A stretch of DNA of 55,628 nucleotides, taken from assembly GCF_006345805.1 (NCBI RefSeq), contig NW_021833699.1, forward strand, positions 1-55,628. The letters are read 5' to 3'. The notes beneath the pieces are model-generated. The model was not told where the DNA came from. It saw nothing but the letters and a program-made list of their open reading frames with translations, and ran no database searches. The translations under genes were made by a program, and so were the position numbers. This stretch comes from Octopus sinensis. Taxonomy: Eukaryota. This document shows positions 41,038 through 54,959 of this stretch, piece by piece; positions within the stretch are counted from its first letter, which is position 1; every line of letters starts with the position of its first letter.

Positions 41038-41367
41038 AAGACCCTCTTCGGTCATGAATGACCATGGGATTGCACCTAGAAAGTTACCCTCCTAGACACA
41101 AGTCCGGGCAAGGTTGTTTATGGAAGACCAGCAGTCGCCCATGCATACCAGCCTCCCCTCTCCACGCCACCAGTGTTATCCAAGGGAAAGACAAAGGTCG
41201 ATACAGCTTGGCACCTGTGACGTCGCAACTCATTTCTACAGCTGAGTGAACTGGAGCAACGTGAAATAAAGTGCTTTGCTCAAGAACGCAACACGCAGCC
41301 CGGTCCGGGATTCGAGCTCACAACCTCACGATCGTAAGATCGACGCTCTAACCACTGAGCCATGCGC
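41038..41367 (-). mobile_element. SINE family C, third tail variant (C3)
   Basis: Head GCGCATGGCTCAGTGGTTAGAGCG...GAGCTCGAATCCC and the family C core; distinct tail ending CATTCATGACCGAAGAGGGTCTTT. Confidence 0.88.
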
Positions 41368-41708
41368 AACAAACCAGAAAGGTGCGCGACTTCTGGGACA
41401 GCCTGTATAGTTTCAATATAATGAACTAGAGGCTGGTAACTTGACAGCAAAACTAGGAAGTTATTAACAGCATACTGATGCTACCATTCCAAAGCAGAGA
41501 TAAACAAAATATGCCTAAGCTACACATAAGGAGGACGATACCTGACATAAAAAGAAAATTACAGACTGGAAAAATATTTAGAAACAAACAGTGAGGACTG
41601 AATAAATGTAATAAAGAGGAAAAACACAAAACAGGTTTAAAGTACAAGGCAGAAATATGTTTTTACTGCATAGACTAAGTTTTTAATGAAAAACACAACA
41701 AAGATATA

Positions 41709-41875
41709 GGTGTAGGAGTGGCTGTGTGGTAAGTAGCTTACTTACCAACCACATGGTTCCGGGTTCAGTCCCACTGCGTGGAACCTTCGGCAAGTGTCTT
41801 CTACTATAGCCTCGGGCCGACTAAAGCCCTGTGAGTGGATTTGGTAGACGGAAACTGAAAGAAGCCCGTCGTATG

Positions 41876-41924
<49 letters not shown>

Positions 41925-42142
41925 TTGTGTGTTAGTGTTTGTCCCCCCAACATCGCTTGACAACCGATGCTGGTGTGTTTATGTTCCCATAACTTATCGG
42001 TTCGGCAAAAGAGACCGATAGAATAAGTACTAGGCTTACAAAGAATAAGTACTGGGGTCGTTTTACTCGATTAAAGGCGGTGCTCCAGCATGGCCACAGT
42101 CAAATGACTGAAACAAGTAAAACAGTAAAAGAGAGAGTAAAG
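41709..42142 (+). mobile_element. SINE family B, full length (CORE-like centre)
   Basis: GGAGTGGCTGTGTGGTAAG / GGTTCAGTCCC boxes; ACCTTCGGCAAGTGTCTT resembles the CORE motif ACCTTGGGCAAGT; internal (TA)(TG); tail GACTGAAACAAGTAAAA. Confidence 0.92.
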
Positions 42143-42867
42143 ATTGTTAAAAAAAAAACAGAAAAAGCATGGAAACAGAATTACAAAACATTCTCAAGAA
42201 GAAATGGGGATAAAATCTACCCCATGGCCAATATCCCGCTATGCTCAATATAGAACTAAAAGCAACAAAGAGTTAAAAGCAACAATGACTCAGTAGCTGA
42301 GGCCTAAAAGTAGAAATGGAGAACAGGTCATCTCGCTGCGCAAAACCAATGCGTGACCACAAACAATTATAAGAACCAAGTCATAGAAACGGATCTTAAC
42401 ACCAAATGCAGAATATACAAGCAGCAGAATGAGAGAGTTGACCTCAGCATCTTTGGCTTCCGTTCACTACTGAATCTGAATGAATAAATACACCCAGACT
42501 TTATCGAGTGGGCAGCTATATTCAGAAATCATATTCTCGGTATGCCTATGCATTCAAGGATTGTTGTTAATGAGAACCAGGAGAAAAATGCTTCGTAATC
42601 GACATACCAATTAGAAAAGAAATGGAAAACTATTGAAATGCAAAGTTCTAGAAATAGGAATAATCTGAATGTGAGGCCCGAAAACAGAAACAAACAGCAT
42701 AATAATAGTAGGTGCTTTGAATATGATAGAGAAACATGCAGACAAATACACAACCGAAACGCCCAGAACTTGCGAATATATTTAATATAAAGAAAATAGC
42801 ACAGCGAAACACCGCACACGTTTTATGTCGAACAATGCCAATACAGTAAAACAAACCACAGCACATA

Positions 42868-43118
42868 ATCTGGAGATGTTGCCACTTCAGCGCAGTTTGC
42901 GCATCATTAGCAACAGCATGCCAACTCTTCCCTCAGCGGCTGCTGACAGCAGATAGGTCTCCTCACGAGCAGAACACGCCCCGTCCACATAATATGCAAG
43001 AGCAAGCGCTCCAGCTTGATCAACCACTAAGTAGAGCAAGATACGACGCTCAGGCGGTAGTAGAAGACGGAAGTTATGTACACATTCACTACTTCCACCC
43101 GACCTTTCAGGGACAGCA
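42868..43118 (-). mobile_element. L1/Tx1-like ORF2 fragment
   Basis: Minus strand LSLKGRVEVVNVYITSVFYYRL...KLERLL...W.GRV, homologous to 25018-25247. Confidence 0.82.
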
Positions 43119-43184
43119 TTTTCTCTGCCAATTTCTGAAAAATGATGATAAGGATTTCTGACATTATGGTTTATGGTGTTACTT

Positions 43185-43545
43185 AATTGACTTTAGAGTC
43201 TCAAATGATGAGATAAGAAAGTACCAGGACCTGACTAGCCATTGAGTCACATTGTGGAAAGTGCTGATAAAATGTATCCCTGTAGACATAGGTGCATTAG
43301 AAACTATTCCTAAAGGTTTGAACAGGTGGATAGAAGAAATAGGCATAAAACCCAGTTTAGTGCAGCTCCAGAAAATGGTATACTTAGGGACCACTAGGAT
43401 ACTGGGGGAAGCATCTAAGGTTACTTCCCGGTGTTAGGAATTTTTCCAAGTCTAATCTGTTAAGCGAAAAGGAATCAACAACAACAACAACAATAATAAT
43501 TTGAGGAAATAAGCATAAAACTTAGTTTAGTGCAGCTTCAGAAAG
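43185..43545 (+). mobile_element. R4/Dong-like RLE C-terminal fragments
   Basis: KYQDL...LWKV...IPVDIGALETIPKGL...LQKMVYLGTTRIL; partial second copy at ~43506-43545. Confidence 0.8.
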
Positions 43546-43555
43546 CAATATTATT

Positions 43556-43773
43556 ACATTGCTCCCGTCCACTCAACCGGCAAAATGAGTTGTACCTGTA
43601 AATCACAGAGCCAGCCTTAACACAGTCTGTGTCACGCTGAACCTCCTTGAGAAATATCTAAGGGTGTGCATGTCTGTAGAGTGCTCAGCCACTTGTATGT
43701 TAATTTGACGAGCAAACTGTTCCGTTAATCGGATCAGCTAGAACCCCCGTTGTCGTAACCGACGGAGCACCAG
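43556..43773 (+). mobile_element. SINE-C2 3' part
   Basis: Reverse complement of ~29620-29840. Confidence 0.75.
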
Positions 43774-43914
43774 TTGTAGTTTGACGTCAGTTTTATTCAT
43801 AATCTGTTTCAGTGGGACATACCCGGGGTCTGTTGCTGGAGCTGAATTTCTGGTAAATAACTCGCCAAGGAACTTTAGTGCTACTAGAAGAAATCCACCA
43901 GGCTGGGTTTTGTA

Positions 43915-44081
43915 ACAGGTCCCAGGTTCAACCCCAGCGCGTTACACTTTGGTCTAGTGTCTTCTATTGCACTGCCTCGGTCAAAGCCCCATGAGTAGGT
44001 TTGGGAGACAGAAACTGAAAGAAACGCGTCATGTGTGTGTGTGCGAGTGTGTGTGTTTGTGTGTGTGTGCGAGTGTGTGTG

Positions 44082-44126
<45 letters not shown>

Positions 44127-44310
44127 TGAGTGTGTGTTTGTTCCCTGTTTCGGTCCGGCAAAAGAGACCTGTAAAGTAAGTAGCAGGCTTTAAAAAGAAA
44201 TAGGAACAAGTAGTGGGATCGATTCCTTCGACTTAAAATTCCTCAAGGCGGCGCCCCAGCATCGCCGCAGTCTAATGACTGAAGCAAGTAAAAGATAAAA
44301 AAGATAAAAA
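43915..44310 (+). mobile_element. SINE family B, diverged
   Basis: CCAGGTTCAACCCC...GAAACTGAAAGAAAC-(TG)n-...GGCGGCGCCCCAGCATCGCCGCAGTCTAATGACTGAAGCAAG. Confidence 0.8.
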
Positions 44311-44499
44311 GGATACTTCACACATCTTATGTACGGTATTATTCATACAATTGACAATGACAGCACTTAGCACTTAAAACATATTATGTCGGTTATTATG
44401 AAATATACAAGATCAAAATGGTCGAGATATTTAGGCTAACAGGCCAGATATTGTGGTAAATATAGTTTGCTCATTATTTGGAGCAAACTATATTTACCA

Positions 44500-44572
44500 C
44501 ATATGGAGTTGTGGTTAAGAGCACGGGATATTAGCCTCAAGATTCCGAGTTCGATTCCAGGCTGTGACCTGA
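44500..44572 (+). mobile_element. tRNA-derived head (pseudo-tRNA or short SINE) followed by (AAT)n
   Basis: TGGAGTTGTGGTTAAG A-box-like and GAGTTCGATTCC B-box; no convincing acceptor stem. Confidence 0.65.
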
Positions 44573-44589
44573 ATAATAATAATAATATA

Positions 44590-44637
<48 letters not shown>

Positions 44638-44639
44638 TG

Positions 44640-44712
<73 letters not shown>

Positions 44713-44731
44713 TAATAATAATAATAATAAA

Positions 44732-44953
44732 TACATACCAGACAAATACATAACAAAAACACCAGGACTTACAAACACATATAACATACAGAAAATTGCA
44801 CTACTAGGCACTGCACACATCCTACGCAGAACACTTTCCATACAATAACCATCAGAGCATCACAACAAATCACAGCACATACCCAAGGCACACAGAGCTG
44901 CGCTCGGTAGTGAAGTGAAAGCACGCTATAAAAATAAAAATAAAACTACTGAA
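44732..44953 (+). mobile_element. R4/Dong-like LINE 3' end, 5'-truncated, in (TAA)n
   Basis: KYITKTPGLTNTYNIQKIALLGTAHILRRTLSIQ* plus short 3' UTR; TAA arrays on both sides, the known Dong target. Confidence 0.88.
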
Positions 44954-44986
44954 TGATAATAATAATAATAATAATAATAATAATGC

Positions 44987-45731
<745 letters not shown>

Positions 45732-46703
45732 GTAATAATAATGATAATTTTTTGCATCACATCTATGAGGAGGACAATCATAATAATCGTCGTCTTCATT
45801 CCCTATCATCATTATCATCACGTTCCTTTTTCTCCTCCCCCCTTCTTCCTCCTAGTCTCCTTTCTCCTCCTCATCATCATCAACAATCGTCTTGATAATT
45901 ATGACGATCATCGTCTGCAGCAGCAGCAGAAGCAGCAACATCATGACCATCATCATGATCAGCATAATTCCCATGATCATCATGATGATCATCATCTCCA
46001 TTGAAGTTAGCCTCATCTTCATCACATTGGCCCCCTTTCCCACCACGACCACGACGACCACGACCACCACCACTTTGCCTCACCTTTAGTATATGTTTTT
46101 TTTCATGCTCCCCACCCTCACCCCGGACCCCAACATCCACCCACTCATCCATCTTACGGTAAAGGACCGTCTATCTCCGTTACAGTGTTTTGTTATCCAT
46201 TCTCAGCAGCAGTCGTCACGAAGTTCGAAAAACCACATTGGGTAGGTTGTTGTAGTTGTTGTTGTTTTCGTACAACAAACATGGCGTAGATTGGAGGGAG
46301 ATTCAAGGAAGAGATGAACGCAGATAGAAAGAGAGAAGAAAAAGGGGGAGAAAGACAGAATAACAAAGAGAGAGAGAGAGAGAGAGACTGAGAGAGAGAG
46401 AGAGAGAGAGAGGTGGGGATATCGGCGCTCAGCCTGTGTCCTGCCGTTGGTTGTCTTTCTTCCGAGATACATAACGACGATTTCTTGATATTTATCAACA
46501 CACGACCTCCTTTGCGAAAATCCATTTATTCTAGTCGATAGCATCAATACTATTTAATACCAGCCAAGGAATCTTCTGCTTTAAATCGTTCCCCCACCTC
46601 AACCAAACACCGGTTCATACATGAAGTATACCATAATCCGAACACGAGCCGAGGAGAGGCGGTGGGGAAGGGTGAGGAGCTGGGGTGGGGGTGGGGGGGC
46701 TCA

Positions 46704-46953
46704 GGAAGAAGGAGAAGAAGAAGAAGAAGAAGAAGAAGAAGAAGAAGAAGAAGAAGAGAAGGAGGAGAAGAAGAAGAAGAAGAGAAGAAGAAGGAGGATA
46801 GAAGAAGAATAAGAAGAAGAAGGAAGAAGAAGAAGGAGAGAAGAAGAAGAAGAAGGAGAAGAAGAAGAAGAAGAAGAGGAGAAGAAGAAGAAGAAGAAGA
46901 AGGAGGAGAAGAAGAAGAAGAAGAAGAAGAAGAAGAAGAAGAAGAAGAAGAAG
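46704..46953. repeat. (GAA)n purine tract
   Basis: Direct reading. Confidence 0.95.
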
Positions 46954-47169
46954 AGGGAATGGGATGGGGGAAATTGGAAAAGCGGGGGAGAAGAGGGCGG
47001 AGACGGAGAAAGAGAGAAAAGAAGTAGACGAGGGTGGGGAGAAAGAAGGAAAGGAAAACGAAAGAAAGAAAGAAAGAACACAGAAGGAAATATCCGTAGA
47101 TTGATTTTGCTCACAGACCGCAGAGATATAGCTTGATTGAACATTTATCGAATCTACTTATGAATCTAG

Positions 47170-47551
47170 GCACACACACACACACACACGTACTCATACA
47201 TGCACGTACACATACAAGCATGCACACACACACACACACACACACACAATGGTATATATATTTATATACACGCATTCATACACACATATGGCTTCATAAA
47301 TTCATTCGCATATTTATTCACATACATAATTATGTACAGATTTACTTATCTCTCTCTTCTCTTTGTGCAAGTATGTGTGTGTATATATGTGCGTGCGCAT
47401 GAATGCCTGTATATATGTATGTATATATGTCTATATATATATATATATGCACATGTATATGTATACATACATACATACATACATACACACATATATATAT
47501 ATATATATATGAATATGAATACACATGTATATATACAGACATATATATCCG

Positions 47552-47620
<69 letters not shown>

Positions 47621-48098
47621 ATTTTTGTTGTTATTATTATTATCATTATTACTATTTTTGTTATTATTATTATCATTATTAATCACGTAATGGAAATAAC
47701 GTCACTGTATCACTTTACCCATCTATTACGACAGCGTATGTCACAAGATATATATATATACATACATATATATATATATATATATACATGCATATAATAT
47801 ATATGTAATGTGAGTGTATGTGTGCGTGCATGTGTGTTTGTGTATTTGTACATATACATATACACACATATATATATATATAGATATATGCATATGCATA
47901 CATACATAAATATATACATGCATACATATAGGCAGACAGTTAGGCAGACAGACGGACATATTAGGAGTTTTAGTTGTCATGGTTGCGTTGAACTCGTTAT
48001 ATTTCGTGACTGGTGCGAGGTTAGAGTACATGTGTTTTACATACATACATACATACATGCATTTATGTTTGTGTATATGTCGCGTGTGCGTGCACGAG

Positions 48099-48147
<49 letters not shown>

Positions 48148-48750
48148 GTAAGAGAGGATGAGAGAAGAGAGACAAAGAAAGCGAGGTAGTAAAAGCTGTA
48201 GAGAGAGAAGAGATTGTGTGTCTGTCCGTGTTTGTTTAACGTGTGAATACGTCGTCGAGTGTGTGTCTGTCAAAATCCTGCAAGCAACGTACAAGGTCTT
48301 CGCAGGCAATATACGAAGGACTTGAGGTCGGGGCCTATGATCTCTGTATCAATCCTCACCTGCAGTTATTTTCTAGATATCATTGTGATATTTCTTTTGT
48401 CTACTTATATTTCTCTTCAATATAACTCACGCACAGATACAAATGGCTCTCGTTCCCCACCATCACCACCACCACCACCACCACCATCATCTCTTTCTCT
48501 GTCTCACACAAATACACACGTGCACACACACACACACACACACATACATATATCTGTGCGTTCATATTAGTGTTTGAGTGCAGAGAACACAGTGTATTTA
48601 TTAGTGTTTGTTAAATATTTAATGTGACACGTGATGAAAAATGATTCAACGTAACAGATGCGAAACTATCTATCTGTCTGTCTAACTGTCTGTTTGCCTG
48701 CCTGTCAGTCTGTCTATCTATTATCTAAGCCCCTTGTGGGTAGTAAAGAA

Positions 48751-48805
<55 letters not shown>

Positions 48806-48833
48806 CTATTATCTATCTATCTATCTATCTACT

Positions 48834-48901
<68 letters not shown>

Positions 48902-48955
48902 TGAGAGAGAGAGAGCTCTCTGTCTATCTGCCTACCTATGTATGTATCTGTCTAC

Positions 48956-49011
<56 letters not shown>

Positions 49012-49181
49012 ATATATATATATATATGCTCTCTGTCTATCTGTCTACCTATGTATGTATGTATGTATGTATGTATGTATGTATGTATGTATGTATGTAT
49101 GTATCTATCTATCTATCCATCCATCTATCTATCTAATTATCTATCTATCTGTCTGCCTGTCTCTCTGTTTCTCTCTCTGCT

Positions 49182-49230
<49 letters not shown>

Positions 49231-49749
49231 TTGTCTGTCTGTCTGTCTGTCTATCTAGTCTCTACTTTCTATCTGTTTGTATGTATGCATGTATCATTGC
49301 ATGCATTTGTGTATCATTGTGTGTGTGTGTGTGTCTATGTGTGTGTATGTGTATGTATGTATGTATGTATGTATGTATGTATGTATGTATGTATGTATTT
49401 ATGTAGGTAGGTAGGTAGGTAGGTAGGTACGTACGTACGTACGTAGGTAGGTAGGTAGGTAGGTAGGTATGTAGGTAGGTAGGTAGGTAGGTAGGCCAGG
49501 CAATTCAGACTGAAATGTAGAACTCAATACATCAGTATATGTTGTAATTTTATTATCAATAATCGACAAAAATACAGAGTGACTCAAGGACCGAATATTT
49601 CATTTGTCTTTATGTTATGTTATATATAGAAACAAATTGACAGTAAATTGGAGGATAACTCAATTTTTTCTGCAGAGTATAATATTATATATATATGTTT
49701 ATATATATATATTTACATATATATATGTGATATATATAATTTATTATAG

Positions 49750-49792
<43 letters not shown>

Positions 49793-49887
49793 ATATATAT
49801 ATATCTATAATATATAATATATTTATATTTGTATATGAGCAATTATATATATTATATATATATTATATATATATCTATATATATATA

Positions 49888-49932
<45 letters not shown>

Positions 49933-50239
49933 AATATATATAATATAGAGATATAGAATATATATATATATATCTATATATACATATTATATATATATTA
50001 TAACTAATAAAATAATAAGGGTAAAATTAATTAATTAATTAATAATTAATAATTCCACCAAGTAAGTAATGATTCGGTATGTAAAAGACCATTATCGTAA
50101 TTAAACAATATTTATTATAATAAGGGTAGGCAAAAGAATTTGCTTCAAATTCTTTTGCCAAACCCTTATTATAATATATACCACACACACATATATATAT
50201 ATATATATATAGTATATTATATATATATACACACATATA

Positions 50240-50302
<63 letters not shown>

Positions 50303-51067
50303 TATATATATACATATATATATGTATGTATATATATACACTACATATATATTTATATGTATGTATGCATATATATATATATATGCATGTGTATTTTTTC
50401 TTTTTTACTTTTACATTGAATAGGTTCAGTCTGAAGGCTGAAGCCATGCTGGAACACCGCCAGTGTAATCACCGACGGCCCTCTTTCGAGTTTCCTGTCG
50501 TGATATATGTTCATCTGGAACCTTCGACAGCAAGAGACCAAGTTGCTTCTTCAAGATATCTATATTATGCATATGCATGTGTGTTAATCTATGTGTATGA
50601 ATATATGCGTGTCTATGTATGTATGTATAAACTTAAGTGAATATTTATGTTTTTTTTTATTTCATACGTAAATGCTTTGTTATATATACAAATATATGTA
50701 CAAACGTTTATACAAATACATATATGCATACATTCACACACACACACATGCACAGATACCCACACTCGCATACACATACACGCACACACTCTCTCACACA
50801 TACATACACAACACATACATACACAAACACATTATATATATATATATAATATATATATATATATTATATATATATAAATAAAGTGTACATTAAAACACAT
50901 ACGAATATCCATCATATGACTCCATGGATGCTCTTATGTGTTTAAATGTACACTGTATTATATGAATAATATATAGTCTATTGACAAAATTTTTATACGC
51001 TAGGCCACTGGTAATGGAAATTTCTAATTATACCTTGATATCATTAATTATATATTATATATATGCA

Positions 51068-51100
<33 letters not shown>
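47170..51100. repeat. large compound microsatellite field: (CA), (ATT), (GA), (TATC), (TATG), (TAGG), (TA)
   Basis: Direct reading, with short unique islands. Confidence 0.88.
50113..50176. repeat. near-perfect 64-bp palindrome/hairpin
   Basis: TATTATAATAAGGGTAGGCAAAAGAATTTG-CTT-CAAATTCTTTTGCCAAACCCTTATTATAATA. Confidence 0.9.
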
Positions 51101-51104
<4 letters not shown>

Positions 51105-51529
51105 GATAACTGAATGGAAATTAGCAGTTAGCAAATGTCATAAAATATGAAAATATTTCGTTTCGTTTACAACAATGTTGTACGATAATAATGAGAGTAT
51201 ATATATCATGATGTTGAGCACATGCATTCGTTTCGGGTAGAGTGTTAATCGGTGGATCATTCATCCGACAATCTCCGCAAAACGCAAACACAGCAAGCGC
51301 GACTTTGTTATTGAGGACGGTAAGCAAAGTTTGTGTTCTTTGTCGGAGACCAGCTTCTTAGCAGATGAGAATATTTAATGGAATCACAGTGAAGGGACTT
51401 TTATTCATAACCACGCAAGTAACAAATGAACGTAAGCTCACATAAATATGAATTTTATGTTCCCAAGGATTGCAAGCATGCTTACTCTATTTCTATGGTA
51501 TATATGGGACTAAGTTCACTGGATTCCAG

Positions 51530-51697
51530 TTTGGACAGGATTCTAGTCCTTGGCAGGGTTACTCATTTACAGAAAAATGGTCTGGAGTAACGTGGAATGA
51601 AGTGTTTAGCTGGAGAACACAACACACCGACAGATCAAGGAATCGAAATCACAATTTTGTGATCATGAATGCAATACCTTGACCACGAGGTCACGTG
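51530..51697 (-). mobile_element. SINE family C, old
   Basis: CTGGAGTAACGTGGAATGAAGTG...GGAATCGAAATCACAAT... Confidence 0.65.
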
Positions 51698-52430
51698 ACT
51701 TCGTAGACAACTAAGTAGAAATCTCAAAACTCTATAGCAAGATTATCTATGTAGTTTCGTACTCATAATCATTTGGAAAAGTTTGAGTTTCCGAGAAATG
51801 AAAAATAATGTGAAACAAAAAGTTTGTGTATTGAGTCGATAAGTAAAACTGGGAATATCCGAACATTTTTAAAATTCCAACGGTGAATCGTTGTTGAAAC
51901 AGTTCTGGTTTACGGTCTCCAGATTCTCATAATAAAGTCTACCAAGTCATTTAATCTGGTCTTCGAGTTGATCTTTCTTGAAGCTTTTATTACAGCCTCC
52001 CTGTAATTTTCAGTTTATATGTTTTAATAGATTAAGCGATTTTCTGGTAGTTTCATTGATATAAGTTTGATTCTTGTTTAATGGAAGTTTGATGGCATTT
52101 GATTGTGATTTAATGGTTATTAAAAGTTTCTAATTGTAGATTAATGGTTGTTTAATATCCATTTCATGATTATAATAACGATTAAGAATTGGCTAATCGA
52201 TATTTAATGGTATATAAAAACTGTTTTAATGAGGGGGTGATGCTTACTGTTATTGCTATTTAGCCCCAAACCAACCCTGACTGAGTAAACTTATCTTCAG
52301 GGGCATTCCAACTATGATCAATGATCATTTCGTTGTTCTAAAATACATATCTAGAACCTCATCGGTCAATGTTCACCTCCTTTATCAGAAGGTGGACTGG
52401 AATTTAAGAGAGATTTAGCTCGACTAATTA

Positions 52431-52602
52431 CAGTTCTATATTTAAGAGATAAGGAATTATGTACATTATTTACATTATTTACATTTAACGGATATTTGTC
52501 CTCATCTTGTTTGTTGTTATCATCCGAAACTTTGTGTTAAACAACAAGATAAGGACAAATATCCGTCAAATGTAAATAATGTAAATAATGTAAATATTGT
52601 GT
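52431..52602. mobile_element. short fold-back insertion with 13-bp flanking direct repeat
   Basis: GCTCGACTAATTA at 52418-52430 and 52603-52615; inverted arms ~52462-52511 and ~52543-52592. Confidence 0.85.
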
Positions 52603-53879
52603 GCTCGACTAATTAGTGTCTAACAAAATTTTTATGTTTTTATTTTTATTTATTCATTTATTTATTTATTTATTTATTTATTTAAGTAAGTGTTATTTCT
52701 ATCTAGAAATCAAAGGAAATGACTACTATTCCCTTCGAACTTTGTTTTTGCGATCAGCATATCAATGTTTTGAAACTGACCTAATTTCCATTGCTCATTC
52801 ACAGCAAAATGGAGTGGAGTAATGTGCAGTTTCAGAAGCAGGAACATCGTTATAGCAAATGTTCTATTCAATATCAGAGATTTGCTTGTCAGTCGCTTGA
52901 CTGTAACCAGTGGAGCATGCCCCATAGTGATTGACAATATGTGCATCTCTTATCATGAGGAGGAATCTTATCATGAGGGGGAAATGGTAGCCATGTGTTG
53001 AGAGAGATTCTTTAAGGTTTGTATAATTATAACAGAAGCAAAATTTGAAGGAATATTTGCTATTTTTGACACTTTCTAAGGGTGAGCAAACAAGATATAA
53101 CAGTTGCAACCCAAGAACAAAAATCGTGGTACACAGTGTTCTTAAGCACACCATACAGAAGTTCATTCTTAGTTCGTTGCTTGATTTTTTTTGTTACAAT
53201 AGTTTTTACGGTGGTTGGTTGATTTAATGGGTTTTAGTGACTTTAAAAGTTAACCTTGTGTTTTAAAGCATTATTTAATAGCTTTGTTATTTGTTTGGTA
53301 TCTGATGGCATGCTCGATGGTCGTTGTTGTTGGATGAGCTGGAGAGGAAGAGCGCCAAAAGAGGAAGAGCGCCAAAGAGGAAGAGCGTGAAGTCGTGTTT
53401 GATCAGATTTTGTCGATCACGTAGGTAATATTCTTGCGAATCACGACATCAGGTGATACCCGAATATTCCCACTATACATCTAAGACTATATTAGCCAAT
53501 GTGTCCCCCTGTTTAGAATGCAGGAGAGCAATTTGAAGGATATTTGGTTGCTATTTCTGATAAATCAAACGAACACAGAATTTCTTTATTTCACTCTTTT
53601 TTTTCGATTGATGGATATTTTCTCGATGGTTCATTTGGAGTTTTATGAATTCTTAGAGGTCTCATTGTCCATAATTTGTTTAATGACTTCACACTCTTGA
53701 TTGGTTGTTTGATGGGTTGATTGGTTCTTCAATTAAATGTTTACTTGTTGGATACATGAAGGTATGATTCCTATTTAAAATTGTTATCAGCTCGCAATGT
53801 GAAGATAAAATTGTTTAGAGCTGGCAAAATAGCAAGGATAAAATTGTTATGAGCGGTCAAAACAGCGAGAAACAATACA

Positions 53880-54205
53880 ATAATGAATATATTCACTGTT
53901 GATCTGCCCGACAATGGGCATCAACAGAGTTCAGTGACGAAATAAGACGCAGACGTTGAAACAGGAGTGAAAATGTCTTCAGACGAGATCGATAAAGTGA
54001 TTGAATAGTAGCACTAATGTGGAAGCCTGAGATGAAAAGAGCTGCAAGGTGCCCTATAACCAGATGGTGAAGGACAATTGACAAAGTAAGGTTACGAGAA
54101 AGGCGAAGAAGCTAGAATGAGTCCAGAACAGTGGCAGAAAACAGGGCTGGTTGGAGTGATCGTGTTGCGGTCTCATGTGCCTCACAACATGGAGAGAACT
54201 AACTA
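53880..54205 (+). mobile_element. RTE-clade LINE 3' end, decayed
   Basis: ALMWKPEMKRAARCPITRW*RTIDK resembles the ALxWxPxGKRxRGRPxxTW motif; later ENRAGW... Confidence 0.55.
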
Positions 54206-54527
54206 ACGTGCTAACATGTTCCAACAGATTATAATATGCAGTTCAACAGCAGTTCTCATCCAAGTTTGCCGAAACAACATCGTCGATTCCTATTTTGTTT
54301 ACTCTTTACTTCATTGTTTTTAAATTTTCTCCTTTATTTATCACATGTTTCGGTTATTGGACCACTGCCATGCTGGGCCATTACCTAGAATTTATTCCAT
54401 CGGTTTCTTTTCCCGAACCGCTAAGCTTTGGGCATGTAAAGAAAACATCGACTATCAAGTAATGGTTGGGCACAAACACAAACATATTTCACACACACTC
54501 ATACACACACATATGTACAGACAGGTA

Positions 54528-54623
54528 GAGAGATAGATCGATCGATCGATAGATAGATAGATTGATAGATATATATGTATAGATAGATAGATATATAGAT
54601 TATTGATAGATAGATAGATAGAT

Positions 54624-54660
<37 letters not shown>

Positions 54661-54665
54661 CGATC

Positions 54666-54723
<58 letters not shown>

Positions 54724-54735
54724 AGATAGATAGAT
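54528..54735. repeat. (GATA)n microsatellite
   Basis: Direct reading. Confidence 0.95.
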
Positions 54736-54959
54736 TGATTAGATGACAAACTAGATGAAAGATGGCACTAACACATTTAATTGATTACATATACATTATT
54801 AAAACGGTTGATTAGGCCCATGGGCAAAGTTCGTGTAGTTACCTTTACGATTATGACACGAAAGTTGCATAGGCTGCATCAAATTATATAACAAAACAAC
54901 AATAATGAAAAGAGGCAAGATATAGTCTCTAACGGACCGAATTACCTTATAGAGAACTG

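Larger units (their letters stand above)
40020..42560 (+). mobile_element. R4/Dong-like LINE remnant carrying four nested insertions
   Basis: GIFQG (~40071), INRLFHMDDLK (~40183-40216), LKIFARNK resuming at ~40466, HGQYP (~42223), AAQNQCVTTNNYKNQV...KCRI (~42334-42415). Confidence 0.8.

Noticed and set aside
44500-44572. Functional tRNA gene
   Set aside because: A/B-box-like motifs only; no acceptor stem pairing and it runs directly into an AAT array.
51220-51275. Hammerhead on the minus strand (CGGAUGA...CGAAAC)
   Set aside because: Core mismatch, no convincing stem II or stem I pairing and no GUH in register.
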